Assembly (NCBI GenBank): GCA_944376825.1
Contig: CALWDY010000021.1
Coordinates: 1-54,015 of the forward strand
Direction of reading: 5' to 3'
DNA: 54,015 nucleotides
From: an uncultured Clostridia bacterium
GTDB lineage: Bacteria; Bacillota; Clostridia; Christensenellales; UBA1242
Shown here: positions 36,820-48,800 of the stretch, piece after piece
Position numbering within the stretch: the stretch's first letter is position 1
How the letters are laid out: each line of letters begins with the position of its first letter
The notes under the pieces: model-generated
Told to the model about the DNA's origin: nothing
Databases searched by the model: none
Seen by the model: only the letters and a program-made list of their open reading frames with translations
Position numbers and translations under genes: made by a program

Positions 36820-39450
36820 ATGCTTTTAGGCGTTATTGAAAATATTTCTGATTTTATTTATCAAATAACAACAAACGGACTTACATCGGACCTTATCTTC
36901 TACATTGGCTTAGGTTTTATCATTTTTATGGTTTTATTTTTCATGGTAAAATCACGCTATGCTTATGAAGGAAGATTGGAAAGGTCTCTTGAAAAATTAA
37001 ACAGATGGTTGTTTGTTCATCAACAAATTGATGAATCTAATTTGGTGGAATTTAACAATATGATAAAAAAAACACCAAGGTTATTAAGGTATCATTGGCA
37101 ACAATATATGTTATATCGTGAGCACGAGCCAAGTTTTTATATGAGCATGTACAACTGCATTGAAAAGCCTTTACATACAAGTTCGTACAATTCAAACATA
37201 AAAAACTTTATAGGCATCTGTTGTGCAACAATGCTTGTAACTTTTGTGTTGTCTCTTTTAAGTTATGGCAGTTCTCCGCTAACAATAGAGAGTTTTGCTA
37301 ATTCACTTATAACTCCTTTGGTTATAATGATATTAAGCGTTATATTTTTAATTTTGCTAAGATCTATGCAAAATTTCAATTTATCTAGTTTATATCAAAA
37401 TTTTCACTTGTTTAACAGATATGTTGATAAAGCATCTACAACTATTCCAAAATATGTAGACTTTGAAATCTTGTTCACAAGAAAGGAAATTCGTGGCGGA
37501 ATTCCTGTGCTTAACGAATACCTTGAAAAAAGAGCGCGCCAAGAAGCAGAAGAACTTGAAAAAGCCCGTCAAAATGCAGTTGAACATGAGGTTTATAATT
37601 TTGAAAGTACGGGGATAGATGGTTCTTTAATATTAGATAGGGCGATGAAAGAATCGGAAATATATTTAAATTCTCGTCAAAGACTTTTAACTCAAATTCA
37701 ACAATTTGAATCTGAAATAGAATCTTTAAAAAGAAATTATGAAAATGTTTCAAAAGATTATCAAAGAAAGTTGCAAGCAAGTAAAGAAAATATAGAAAGA
37801 TTGAGAACTCAACAAGAAGAGTCAACAAATCGTATTGAAGTAAACTATATTAAAAAACAACAACAAGATGAGATTAAAAAACAAGAACAACTAGAAAAAG
37901 ATCAAGATGATGCAACGCTAAGATACGAACAAGAAACTGCAACGCTTAAACAAGAAATTGAAAAATGCAGAGCAGAACTTGAAGAGAAAAAAGAATATGT
38001 TACAAAAGCAATGCTTAGTGAATATGATACATTTTCAACAAAAATTTATAAAGCAATATTAAACGATGTTCAAGAAAAACACAAACAAGAAGTTGATGAA
38101 CTTGCAGAACAAAAAGTAGAGGCACTAAAAGAACTTGAAAAAGCAAAAGAAATCAACAATATAAAAGATAGTGTAATTAATGATTTAAGAGAACTTATTC
38201 ATCAAACAGAAGAAAAACAAAAAATAGATTTAAAAACCGAAGAGGAAAAAATAGAAGAAAAACTTGATGAGGGTAATGACATTCAAGAAGATGCTTCTAG
38301 CAATGAAAATCAACAAAATATTGAAGAAGAAACCAAAATAACACAAGAAAACCAACAAGGTGTTGAAGAGCAAGAAGATGAAGAACAACAAGAAGCGCCA
38401 CAAGGTTTTTATGATGAAAATGGTTATTACTGGTTTGAAAACGGAACATATTATGATGATAAGGGATATTACCACGATGAAGATGGTTTGGTTTATGACC
38501 AAGATGGCAATTATATCCCACAAGAAGAATATGAAAAATTAACAAAACCACAAGAGCCACAAATTAATGACAATATTTTAAATGGCGAAGAAAATGCAAA
38601 TGAAAGTTTACAAGATTTAACAAAAGAAGACAACAAAGAACCTGAAAGTGCAAGAGTAGAAAAAGTTGAAGAAATTGTAAGCCAAAATCAAGAAGAAAAA
38701 GATACAGAAAAAGATACAAAAAAAGAAGAGCCAATACAAACAAAAATTGCCGAAATTGACGAAATTATTCCAGTTGAAAAAGAAGAACACAGCGAAGAAG
38801 TTGTGTTGCAACAAAACCAAGAGACTCAACCTTTAAACAATCAAATTGAAATAAACGAAGAACAACCAAAAAGAAGAGGCAGGCCAAGAAAAACAACAAA
38901 TAACGAAGAAAAGCCAAAAACGACAGGAAAGAGAGGCAGGCCAAGAAAAACTGAAAGTGCACAAGATAAACCAAAAGTGGAAGGCAAGCGTGGCAGACCA
39001 AGGAAAACAGACACAACGGAAGAGAAGCCAAAAGTAGCAGGAAAACGAGGTAGGCCAAGAAAAACCGAAACGACGCAAGACAAACCAAAAACATCGGGCA
39101 AACGAGGTAGACCAAGAAAAACCGAAACGACGCAAGACAAACCAAAAACTAGCAGAAAGCGTGGTAGACCAAGAAAAAATGCCGATGATTTAAAAGCAAT
39201 CAGCAATCAAATTTTGGAAGAAAGCAATCGTTTAATTCAACAACAAAATGAGCTAAATAGACAACTTGGTGAAACATTGCAACAAATAAAAGATCAACAA
39301 AACGAAGAAAAACTTCAAGCACAAGAAATTTTACAAGAAGATGAACAAATTAAAACAGACATGCAAGAAAATCAAGAAGCGCCAACAACCGAAAATATAG
39401 AAATTGGTGAAGACAATAAACCAAAACATGATGGTGAAGGTCAAAATTAA
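36820..39450 (+). CDS. Membrane-anchored coiled-coil protein with Tyr/Gly/Asp repeats and six AT-hooks
   Basis: About 3 TM segments, long coiled coil, GFYDENGYYW-type repeats, acidic linker, 6x RGRPRK. Confidence 0.85.
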   Translation: MLLGVIENISDFIYQITTNGLTSDLIFYIGLGFIIFMVLFFMVKSRYAYEGRLERSLEKLNRWLFVHQQIDESNLVEFNNMIKKTPRLLRYHWQQYMLYREHEPSFYMSMYNCIEKPLHTSSYNSNIKNFIGICCATMLVTFVLSLLSYGSSPLTIESFANSLITPLVIMILSVIFLILLRSMQNFNLSSLYQNFHLFNRYVDKASTTIPKYVDFEILFTRKEIRGGIPVLNEYLEKRARQEAEELEKARQNAVEHEVYNFESTGIDGSLILDRAMKESEIYLNSRQRLLTQIQQFESEIESLKRNYENVSKDYQRKLQASKENIERLRTQQEESTNRIEVNYIKKQQQDEIKKQEQLEKDQDDATLRYEQETATLKQEIEKCRAELEEKKEYVTKAMLSEYDTFSTKIYKAILNDVQEKHKQEVDELAEQKVEALKELEKAKEINNIKDSVINDLRELIHQTEEKQKIDLKTEEEKIEEKLDEGNDIQEDASSNENQQNIEEETKITQENQQGVEEQEDEEQQEAPQGFYDENGYYWFENGTYYDDKGYYHDEDGLVYDQDGNYIPQEEYEKLTKPQEPQINDNILNGEENANESLQDLTKEDNKEPESARVEKVEEIVSQNQEEKDTEKDTKKEEPIQTKIAEIDEIIPVEKEEHSEEVVLQQNQETQPLNNQIEINEEQPKRRGRPRKTTNNEEKPKTTGKRGRPRKTESAQDKPKVEGKRGRPRKTDTTEEKPKVAGKRGRPRKTETTQDKPKTSGKRGRPRKTETTQDKPKTSRKRGRPRKNADDLKAISNQILEESNRLIQQQNELNRQLGETLQQIKDQQNEEKLQAQEILQEDEQIKTDMQENQEAPTTENIEIGEDNKPKHDGEGQN
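38869..39177 (+). repeat. 57-bp (19-aa) coding tandem repeat of AT-hook motifs
   Basis: Six RGRPRK cores with 19-aa period; synonymous variation between units. Confidence 0.92.
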
Positions 39451-39454
39451 AACA

Positions 39455-39486
39455 AAAAAATGCAAACATTAAAGTTTGCATTTTTT
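39455..39486. terminator. Bidirectional terminator
   Basis: AAAAAATGCAAAC...GTTTGCATTTTTT between convergent genes. Confidence 0.8.
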
Positions 39487-40729
39487 ATTTTATTTCAATA
39501 CATGTTTTTAGTTGTTTTTCCACTTCTTTTGCCATAAGATTTGTTGATGCGTAAATGTAAAATATAGGTTCACCTTTTTTTACCTTGTCGCCAATTTTGT
39601 GAAAAGTTCTAATTCCATTTTCGTAAACAATTTCATCAGTTTCTTGCATTTTTACTGTGCCCATTTTTGCAACAATATTTCCAATTTCTTTTGTGTTAAA
39701 CCAAACAACTTTACCGTTTGAATCTGCTTTAACAACAAGTGTGGGATTTTTATACTTTTCATCAAACAAATCCAAACTTCCGCTTTGGCAAGAAATCATG
39801 GTTTTTAATTTGTTTAGTGCTGTTTTGTTTTTAATAACTTTTTTTACTTTATATCTTGCAACAAAGTATGGAATGTGTTTATCTAAACTTACACAAATTG
39901 ATGCAAGTTTTACACTGTCGTGATATAAATTGGATTTTTCTTCACCTTTTAAAATTTTTATTGCTTCCATTGCTTCGAGTTTTGGCCCAACATTATAGCC
40001 TAGGGGTTGGTTCATTTTTCCAAGTACAATTTTAACTTTTTTGTTTGCAAGCCTTCCTATCTTTTTCATTTTTTTGCCAAGCAATTTTGCACTTTTTTTA
40101 TTTGGCATAAAAGCCCCGTTTCCATATTTAACATCAAGAACAATGATATTTGCTCCGCATGCAAGTTTTTTGCTCATTATTGATGATGCAATAAGGTCAA
40201 TATTGTCTACAAGCCCAGTTCTATTTCTAAGAGCATAAATTTTTTTGTCGGCAGGTGCAAGATTTTTTGAGGTTGTAAGCATACAACCACCGTTGCGCTT
40301 TACAAGTTCAATTGCACTATCTATATCAATGTCTGTTTTGTATCCTTTAAAACTTTCAAGTTTATCGCATGTGCCACCTGTAAAACCAAGACCTCTTCCA
40401 CTAAGTTTAAGCATTTTTGTCCCAAGGCTTGCGCAAATGGGAACTATAATTATTGTTGTTGTGTCACTTACGCCACCCGTTGAATGTTTGTCTACAACGC
40501 TTTTTAACTTTGAAAGGTCTATTTTTTCACCACTATCAAGCATTGCCATTGTTAAATAATACAGTTCTTTTTCGCTTAATTTGCAGAAATATATTGCCTC
40601 AATAAAAGGCAAAAATTCTTCATCGGTTATTGTGTTTTGGGTGTATGCATTTATTGCATCATATATTTCACATTTAGATAAAGGTTTGTTGTTTTTTATT
40701 TTTTCAGTTAGAAACTTTATATTTACCAT
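39485..40729 (-). CDS. pdp: Pyrimidine-nucleoside/thymidine phosphorylase
   Basis: DKHSTGGV, KLSGRGLGFTGGT.DKLES, PADKKIYALR, IASSIMSKK, LDVKYGNGAFM. Confidence 0.93.
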   Translation of the reverse strand: MVNIKFLTEKIKNNKPLSKCEIYDAINAYTQNTITDEEFLPFIEAIYFCKLSEKELYYLTMAMLDSGEKIDLSKLKSVVDKHSTGGVSDTTTIIIVPICASLGTKMLKLSGRGLGFTGGTCDKLESFKGYKTDIDIDSAIELVKRNGGCMLTTSKNLAPADKKIYALRNRTGLVDNIDLIASSIMSKKLACGANIIVLDVKYGNGAFMPNKKSAKLLGKKMKKIGRLANKKVKIVLGKMNQPLGYNVGPKLEAMEAIKILKGEEKSNLYHDSVKLASICVSLDKHIPYFVARYKVKKVIKNKTALNKLKTMISCQSGSLDLFDEKYKNPTLVVKADSNGKVVWFNTKEIGNIVAKMGTVKMQETDEIVYENGIRTFHKIGDKVKKGEPIFYIYASTNLMAKEVEKQLKTCIEIK

Positions 40730-40735
40730 AACATT

Positions 40736-40764
40736 ATTTTAAAAATAAAAAACAACTATGTCAA
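40736..40764 (-). promoter_or_regulatory. Sigma-A promoter of pdp (leaderless arrangement)
   Basis: TTGACA-17-TAAAAT then 6 nt to the ATG; no SD. Confidence 0.7.
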
Positions 40765-40774
40765 ATATATAAAA

Positions 40775-40845
40775 TAAAAAACCACCCCAAAGACAGCGTG
40801 GAAGACAAATTTTATAAGCCGTGTCAAAGTTGGGTGGTATTTTAT
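40775..40845 (-). terminator. Long-loop terminator-like hairpin
   Basis: ACCACCCAA...TTGGGGTGGT plus T run on the minus strand, directly after the stop of ORF 40846..41088. Confidence 0.55.
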
Positions 40846-41088
40846 TTACGCAAAGAATTTTGGTTTTTTCCAAACAAGCACGCAAACAAGATCAATAAGC
40901 CAGCAAACAGCAAAGCATGGAACAATCCAAAGAATTCCAACCACAATCATAAATGTGTCTTTTTTATTTATTCCTTTTACAATTCTATAAACTCCCCAAA
41001 CTATGTCTAAAACAGGTATGCAAAGAAGAAGTTTAACAATCCATGGAAGTTTGTTCATAGATTCAATAAATCCGTTTTTATTTGCCAT
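40846..41088 (-). CDS. Small membrane protein
   Basis: RBS AGGAGG; hydrophobic; WLIDL motif. Confidence 0.8.
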   Translation of the reverse strand: MANKNGFIESMNKLPWIVKLLLCIPVLDIVWGVYRIVKGINKKDTFMIVVGILWIVPCFAVCWLIDLVCVLVWKKPKFFA

Positions 41089-41240
41089 ATTTCCCTCCTA
41101 AAATATATTATACACTTAAATATGCTTTATCTCAACAAAAAACAGGCTTTAAATTGGGTTATAACAATTTATTTTGTTAATATTAATTGCACAGTATAAT
41201 TTATTCTTATATAATGTTTTTTAGAACAAAAGGTTGAAGT

Positions 41241-42092
41241 ATGAAAAAATATAAGTTTATGGTTGAAAAACCAAACAAAGTTCTTAAATTTTTAGAGTAT
41301 AATTTGCAAGAATATAAATATTCAAATTTAAGCCAAGCATTAAGAAAAAAAGATATAATTGTAAACAACAAAAGAATAAAAAGCAATGAAATGTTAAAGG
41401 TTGGAGATGTTGTTGAAATTTATTTGGATGATAAAAAAATTGAAAGCAAATACAATGTTGTTTATCAAGATGATAATGTTATTGTGTTTAACAAACAAAA
41501 AGGAATTGAAGTGTGTGATGGTGAATACAATTTAAAAAACGAATATGAAAAACATAATAAAAAAATATATGCGGTTCATAGAATTGACAGAAACACAACT
41601 GGTCTTGTTGTTTTTGCAAAGAGTGAAAACATTTGCAAGTTGTTAACTAAAATATTTAAAAGTCATTATGTAAAAAAATATTATTATGCTGTGGTTAAAA
41701 ATGTTTGCATAAAAAATGAAGATGTTTTGGGTGATTATCTTTTAAAAAATAAAGAATCAAGCACGGTTAAAATTTTCAACAAAAAGGTGCCAAACTCAAA
41801 TTATATAGAAACAAAATATAACATTATTAAAAATGGAGAAAACATAAGTTTGTTAAATGTGTGCATAACGGCGGGGAAAACGCATCAAATAAGGGCACAC
41901 TTGGCCTATCACAACATGCCCATTGTTGGAGATGAAAAATACGGAGATAATGTTTTAAATAAATTGCTAAAACAAAAAACACAACTTTTACAGGCATATA
42001 AAATAGAGTTTGATATAAAAAATAATTCAAGTTTAAAATATTTAAATAATGTAAAATTACAAATAGACTGTGCTTTTAAAAATATGTTTTAA
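41241..42092 (+). CDS. RluA-family pseudouridine synthase (S4 domain)
   Basis: HRIDRNTTG catalytic motif, GKTHQIRAHLA, PIVGDEKYG. Confidence 0.93.
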   Translation: MKKYKFMVEKPNKVLKFLEYNLQEYKYSNLSQALRKKDIIVNNKRIKSNEMLKVGDVVEIYLDDKKIESKYNVVYQDDNVIVFNKQKGIEVCDGEYNLKNEYEKHNKKIYAVHRIDRNTTGLVVFAKSENICKLLTKIFKSHYVKKYYYAVVKNVCIKNEDVLGDYLLKNKESSTVKIFNKKVPNSNYIETKYNIIKNGENISLLNVCITAGKTHQIRAHLAYHNMPIVGDEKYGDNVLNKLLKQKTQLLQAYKIEFDIKNNSSLKYLNNVKLQIDCAFKNMF

Positions 42093-42127
42093 CATTTTTT
42101 TTAATGTTGTCATATAAAATTCATGTT

Positions 42128-42607
42128 ATGCCAAAAACACAATTAAAAAGTTTATCTTCAAATTCTTATTATGCAAATTTACTAAAAGAAGCATATGCAG
42201 GAAGCGAAAGTGAAACTATGATGTTAATGCAATTTTTATATGATAGTTATACTTTGTCGTGTTTTGACAATGATTTTGTTGATGAGTTTTATTTGATTGC
42301 GCAAGATGATACAGAACATCACAAACTGTTGGGTGAATGTATAGTTAAATTGGGTGGAGACCCTGTTTATTGTTCATCTAGCAATGTTTTTTTTAATGGG
42401 AAAAACATAGAAAACGACAAGGGTATTAAACAAATGATTTTGCGAGGTATAGAAATAAAAGAAAAATCTATAATAAATTATAAAATTTTAATTTCTAAAA
42501 TTATGGAAAAAGAAATTAAAAACATATTAGAAATTATTCTTGTGGATGAGCAAAAACATAAAGAAATGTTTAAAAATATGTTAAAAAAATATGAAAATAA
42601 TGCCTAA
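42128..42607 (+). CDS. Ferritin-like / Mn-catalase-like (spore-coat type) protein
   Basis: YAGSESE, DDTEHH, LGGDP, IEIKEKSI, DEQKH. Confidence 0.78.
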   Translation: MPKTQLKSLSSNSYYANLLKEAYAGSESETMMLMQFLYDSYTLSCFDNDFVDEFYLIAQDDTEHHKLLGECIVKLGGDPVYCSSSNVFFNGKNIENDKGIKQMILRGIEIKEKSIINYKILISKIMEKEIKNILEIILVDEQKHKEMFKNMLKKYENNA

Positions 42608-42874
42608 AAAATGCAATAAATTACCTTTTTTGCATTTTTTTATTTTTATTTTTAAAATAAAATAATTTAAAGTCAATTTTTGAAAAATCTTATTTTTGTT
42701 TTATTTTTTAAAAAAACAAAACAATCCAATATGTTTCATATCGAAAAATTATATTTATTGTAAATAAATATTTTGTAGAATATTATTATATTTCATTTGA
42801 TAAAAAACCTTAAATAGTGATAGAATATATCAAAAGATATTTATTTTGTATAAGAAAAGGGTTGGGAGAAAAAT

Positions 42875-45800
42875 ATGAAAAAAATTGCCATTTACATATT
42901 GCTAATGTTTTGTGCATTTTCAGTTTCTGTGCTTAGTGCATGCAATCAAGATGATTCACGCATAAGTTTTAATGTGGATTATATTGAAATGAACATTGGA
43001 GATGAACTTGATGTTTATTCAAAATTAAATGTAAAAGGAGTGGCAATTCAAGATGTAACATTAAAATCTTTGGATAGTTCTGTTATATCTTTAATAGACG
43101 GCAAAGCGACTGCTGTTGGACAAGGTACAACCTTTGTACAAGCATCTTATGACCTTAAAATTGCAAACCTAGAAATTAAAGTAAATGGTGAGGCAATAGA
43201 ATGCGAAGCGCCTATGGGCCTTATGTATGACACGCAAAATGGTTTCGTAACATGGAATCATGTTTTAGTTAAAATTGGCAATGAAATACAACAAGTTAAT
43301 TCCTATACCGTTGAAATAAAATCTCAAAACACAGTGAAAGAAGAAATAGTAATTGGTGATAATAAATATCAACTTAAAGATAGTGGCGTTTATGAAATTA
43401 GAGTAAAATGCAATTCTTTTACATCAAATGGAACAACATTGTATCAAGGCTCAGAATATAGCCAAAGTTTAGTTTTAACAAAACTAGAAAAACCATATAA
43501 TTTAAAATACAACGACGAAACAAAAACGCTTTCATGGGAAGCAAGTGATGATATAGCAACTTTTGTTGTAAACATAAATGGAGTTTTGTCACAGCCAACA
43601 ACAAAAAAAGAAATGGTTGTTGATTTAACCACTGTAAATATATCAAAACAAGAAACATTTGAAGTTTCAGTAATAAGTCAAACATCTAACAAAGATGGAA
43701 ACGATATTGTTGCATCAAGCGAAAGTGATAAAAAAGTTTGGACAAGACTATATGCTCCACAATTAAATATTGCAAACGGAGTTATCACTTGGGACAACAC
43801 TCAACAGGGTGACTTTCATTATGAAATAATAAGAACGGATATAAACAATGTTGTTTCAAAAGAAGTTGTTAGTGGAGGTGTTTATTCTCTTGATGGTATC
43901 TCAGCAGGAACTTATAACACCATACAACTTAAAGCAGTTAGTGACAGTGAAAATTATTTATCAAGCGAAAATTTAAGTGTTTTGTCGGATGTGATTAAAC
44001 TTGAAAAAGCAACACTATCCTTTAACCCAATAAATAGAACATTTGTTGTTGAAAACTATGAGGGTAAAAATATTGAACTTGAAATAACATATAAAAACAG
44101 CATTGAAAAAATATCTCTTCAAAACGGCACATATCTTTTTGACAAAACGGGCGTAGGTGCATATTCAGTAAAAGCTTATGTATATGCACAAGATAGCAAA
44201 GAAATAAATGCCGATGCTTCAAACACCATTAATCTTTTGAAACTTTCACAAATTGACTCTTCTTCTATAAATCAAAGCGTAAATGAAAACAAGTATTTTG
44301 TAACTTTTGGCGAAGTTGAAAACGCAGACACCTATTCACTTTCATATTTTAAAGATGGATTGGAAAACACACTTGTAAAACAGGCAGATGGTTCTTATGG
44401 TGATGTTGACACTATTTTTAATAATATTGGAACATATCAAATAACCATAACTGCATCTAGTTCAAAAATGACAGCCGTTGACACTTTTATTTTGCCAAGT
44501 AAAACAACTATAAGTGTGGTAAGACAAGAAAATGTTTCGCTTTCATTAAACGAAGAAAACGGACCAAAATCAATAAGTTGGAACACTATTTCAACGGCAA
44601 ATGGATATTCGTATTATATACTTAAAAACGGAGAGTTGTTTGAAGAAAACACAATTTCATCTTCTTTGATATCTGTAGAAAACTTTGAGTTTGGAAAATA
44701 TGAATTTTTTGTAAAGGCAGTAGGCTCGTTTAATAGTGGAGTTTTGTATTTAGATAGTTTAAATTATGCAAAAGTGGATTTTGAAATAGAATTATTGCTA
44801 GATACTCCAACTGTAAATTTTGATGTTGAAACAAAAATTTTAACAATTACAAAAGTAAATTATGCAAACAATTATGAAATAACAATAAATTTAAAAACTT
44901 TAAGTTTTGATAATTCACAAGACATAATAACAATAGATTTAACTCAAAAACTACAACAGCCAGGTGATTATGTTGTTGAAGTAAAAGCAGTCAATGCCGA
45001 CAATGATCTTATTTTTGACTCAAACACAAACTCAATTACAATTACAAAACTCAGTTCACCACAACAATTCAATTTGTCTATGGATGGTGTAATAACAATT
45101 TTAGATTATCCAAACGGACAAATGCTTGATGAAAATAGGGCAACACTTCTTATAAACGATGAAATTACCGAAACATTGGATGATGGTTTAAATTTTGTGT
45201 TAAAAGCAAAATTTAATGCAACAAAACAAAAGGTAAACAATCACTATTATTTAGATAGTGAATGGTGTCAATTTAATATACAAAGATTAATTGCACCAAC
45301 TGCTCCTGTTTTGAATGAAACTGTTATATCATGGCAACAAACAACACAAAAAAACTTTGTGTATTTGCTAACAATTACACAAGGTGAAACAGTGAAACAA
45401 ATACAATTAAACGAAAATCAAATAGATGTGTTTGATGAAAGAATTAGCCCAATAAACACAAAACAAGATTTTTCTGTTAAATTATGCTATTTGTATGTTG
45501 GAGCAAATATAAATTTGCAAGATAAAATCGATATATATTTTACATCACAATATAGCGAAGAGACAACTATTCATAAAATTGAAAGTGATGCTGTTTTAAG
45601 CGTTGTTGAAGAAGATGAAAAGGTTTTGGCAAATTGGACACAAAGTTCAATTAGTGATGTGAGTTATGAACTTTTATTAAATGATGAAATTATTTATAGC
45701 GGAAATGAAACATCAAAAGATATAACTGAATATGTTGTAGATGCGGGGAAATACACATTAAAATTAAAAATTTCAAAACAAGGATTTTTAACAAGTGAAT

Positions 45801-48800
45801 ATGTTGAGGTGTATGTTGAAAGACTGGCAAGTGCTACAAGCATAAAAATAGATGAAGATGAAAATATCATTGTTGAAACTAATTATAACACAGAAGATTT
45901 GCCAGATTCAGTAGCCCAATTAGATCATATAACAATATCAAAAGACCAAGATCAAAATATAACAAACCTTTCAAGTTATTTTGGAAACTTTGAAATAAGT
46001 GTGGGGCTTGTTGCAAAAAAATACACAGAGGGGAAATATTATTTCCTATCAAGTGCAATAAGTACATTTGAATTTTCAAGAATTCAAACCCTAACAGATC
46101 CAGCAATTAATAACAATATAATATCATGGGATGATATTGCACAAACATCAAATTATAAACTTAAATTTTCAAATGGAGAACAAGACTTGTATTACTTGTG
46201 TAGCGGAGTAAATTATATAAGCGCACAAGATGAAAATATAAAACAAATTATAGACACTTTGAATTCTGGCACTCTAACCGTTAGCGTGTCGGCAAGAGTG
46301 GGTGAAATTAGTGCATTAATTGGACAAGAAAATTTGTTGTCTTCATATTACTCTAACACAGTTCAAATTATAAAATTAAACCCAGTTTCTAATATTATTT
46401 TACAATCCGAAGAAAAAAATCAACAAGAGATAAAGATATCATGGGATTATGATTTCCAAGGAGTTAGTGTTGGTCAATTTGTTATAGAAATTTACAAAAA
46501 TGATGAATATTTGGAAACAATATATGCATTTGGAACATCTAAACATGTAATGTCTGCGGGCATGACATACGAAGGTACATATTATGTTAAAATTTATGCA
46601 GAAGGAACAAGCAACTGCATAAATAGTGATACAGTTGCTTCTGCAACTTATAAAAGACTTGCAAAACCTCAAAATCTTACAATCACTCAAGATGCACTTT
46701 TATCTTTTACAGGCGCTGCAGGGGCTGTTAAATATGGCGTTTCATATTATGCGAATGACTTGGTAAAGGGCGAACTTGAAACTTTATCTACCAGCATAAA
46801 TTTAAAAGAATATTTATTTGCAAGTGCGTTTAGTGGGCAAATAACAATAAATGTATATTCTATTGGAGGAAATGGGCAGGACGAAGGCAAAACATTTTCA
46901 AGTCAGCAAAGTGACAATTATGTTGTTACAAAACCAGTTGAGGCAAACATAACCCTTTCAACAAATAAACTTGTTGCCGGTCAAACAAAAATTGATGAAG
47001 TTGATGACAAAAGCAAGTATGTTATAACCATAAGCACAGATAATAGAATAGTTAAAGAATTAGAACTAAACTATGGTGAAGAATACATTTTTGAAGACTG
47101 GTACTATAAAGATACAAATGAAAAAGTTCCTACTAATGTTGAAAAAGTATATTCTATTAAAGTTGAAAGAAAACTAGAAGAAGAAAATTGCATAAAGTCA
47201 GATTCAACATTAAAAATTGTTACAAAATTGGCAGAAGTTAATAATGTGGGATTTATAAGAAAAACAGATAGTGCAGATAGTACAATATATCTTCGCGGAG
47301 ATGTGGTTGCAAATGCTTCAAAATATGTTTTAAATTTTTTGGGCACAGATTTTCAAACAAATGAATTTAATGTTTCAGGTCAATACGCCGAACTGGCTCT
47401 TTTAGAAAACATATATTCACAAATTCCACAAAACTTTACAATGACAGTTTATGCGCAAGGACTTATAGGCGGAAGAGTGGATTATATTGACAGTTCAAAA
47501 GCTTCGGTGTCGGGCAAAAAATTAAGTGCCGTAACAAACTTTAAAACAGTAAATGGTGTTCTTTGTTGGGATAAAGTGGATGAGGCGTATGATTATGCAA
47601 TAGATGTAAACAACACCGAGATTTTAACGGGATATGTTTTAAATTCAAAACACACATTAAGTGAAAATTTAAATGGCAAACAAGGTGAATTGGTTTTAAA
47701 TATAAAAGCGGTTGGAAATGTAAAAACATCACTGGTTAAGCAAGATATTGTTTTAGACTCTTTGTTTATAACAAATGAAGATGGAACAAGAAAAGATTAC
47801 AGCTGTAAAAAACTAGCAATACCACAAAACTTGAAAGTTGTTATGGGCTATATTGCTTTTACAAAAGTAGAGGGGGCAGATGGTTATCAGGTTGTGTATG
47901 GAACAAACAACTTCAACCTTGATGAACTATACAGTGAACAAACCGATTATTCAATTTTCTATGCACAAGAAATGTATAATATGTTTAAAGAAAATCAAAA
48001 ATATTCTATTTCTGTTATGGCAACATCAACAGAAGAAGATGTTATTTATTCGGACAAAACACAAGATTTAAGCATAAAAATCTTATCAAATAATTGCGCA
48101 GGAACATTGAATATTGTTTTAAAACAAACATCAACAAATCCTGTTAAATATGACTATACTATATCTCAACTAATATGGACGGCAGATTCAAACGCAGTAA
48201 ACGGATATAATGTAAACTTTAATGGTGAAATATTCAATACAAAAAACACTGAATTTGTTTTAGATGGAGATGGAAACCTAGAAGCAGGAAAACATCAAAT
48301 AAAACTTTCTGTGGCAGGTTCTAGTGAAATTGATGCTGATGGCAGTTATCTTTTAAATTCTAAATATAGTGAAACATTATATTTTACAAAACTTTCAAGT
48401 CCAAATCTAAAAGTAGAAAATGGTGAACTTGTTTGGGACAAAATTGATGGGGCAACAGGATATTTGTTATATCTTGGCGATGAACTTCAAAATAGTGGTT
48501 TGCCAATAGAAACAAACACCTATTATCTAGATTTGTCGAATACTTCTAATACAACATATTCTTCGTATAAGGTTAGAGCAATTTCAACATCTTCTCAGTA
48601 TATTGCAAGTTCGGTGGGAACATATAAAGATGCAGAAGGAAACAACTTGGAAGTTGTAAAACTACATTCACCAGATGCGTTCATGATAAAAGAAGGGGCA
48701 TTTAGATGGGAATTAAATGATATTTGGTCTTTATTGCCACTTGTAACAAAAGGAATAATAGAAAATCCCGTTACTGCAACAACCCAAACTTTGGCAACAA

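Noticed and set aside
38869-39177. CRISPR array
   Set aside because: In-frame coding repeat with synonymous variation, no unique spacers and no cas genes
36820-39450. Zorya defence system
   Set aside because: Only a loose ZorA-like topology; no adjacent ZorB/MotB or ZorC/D/E genes
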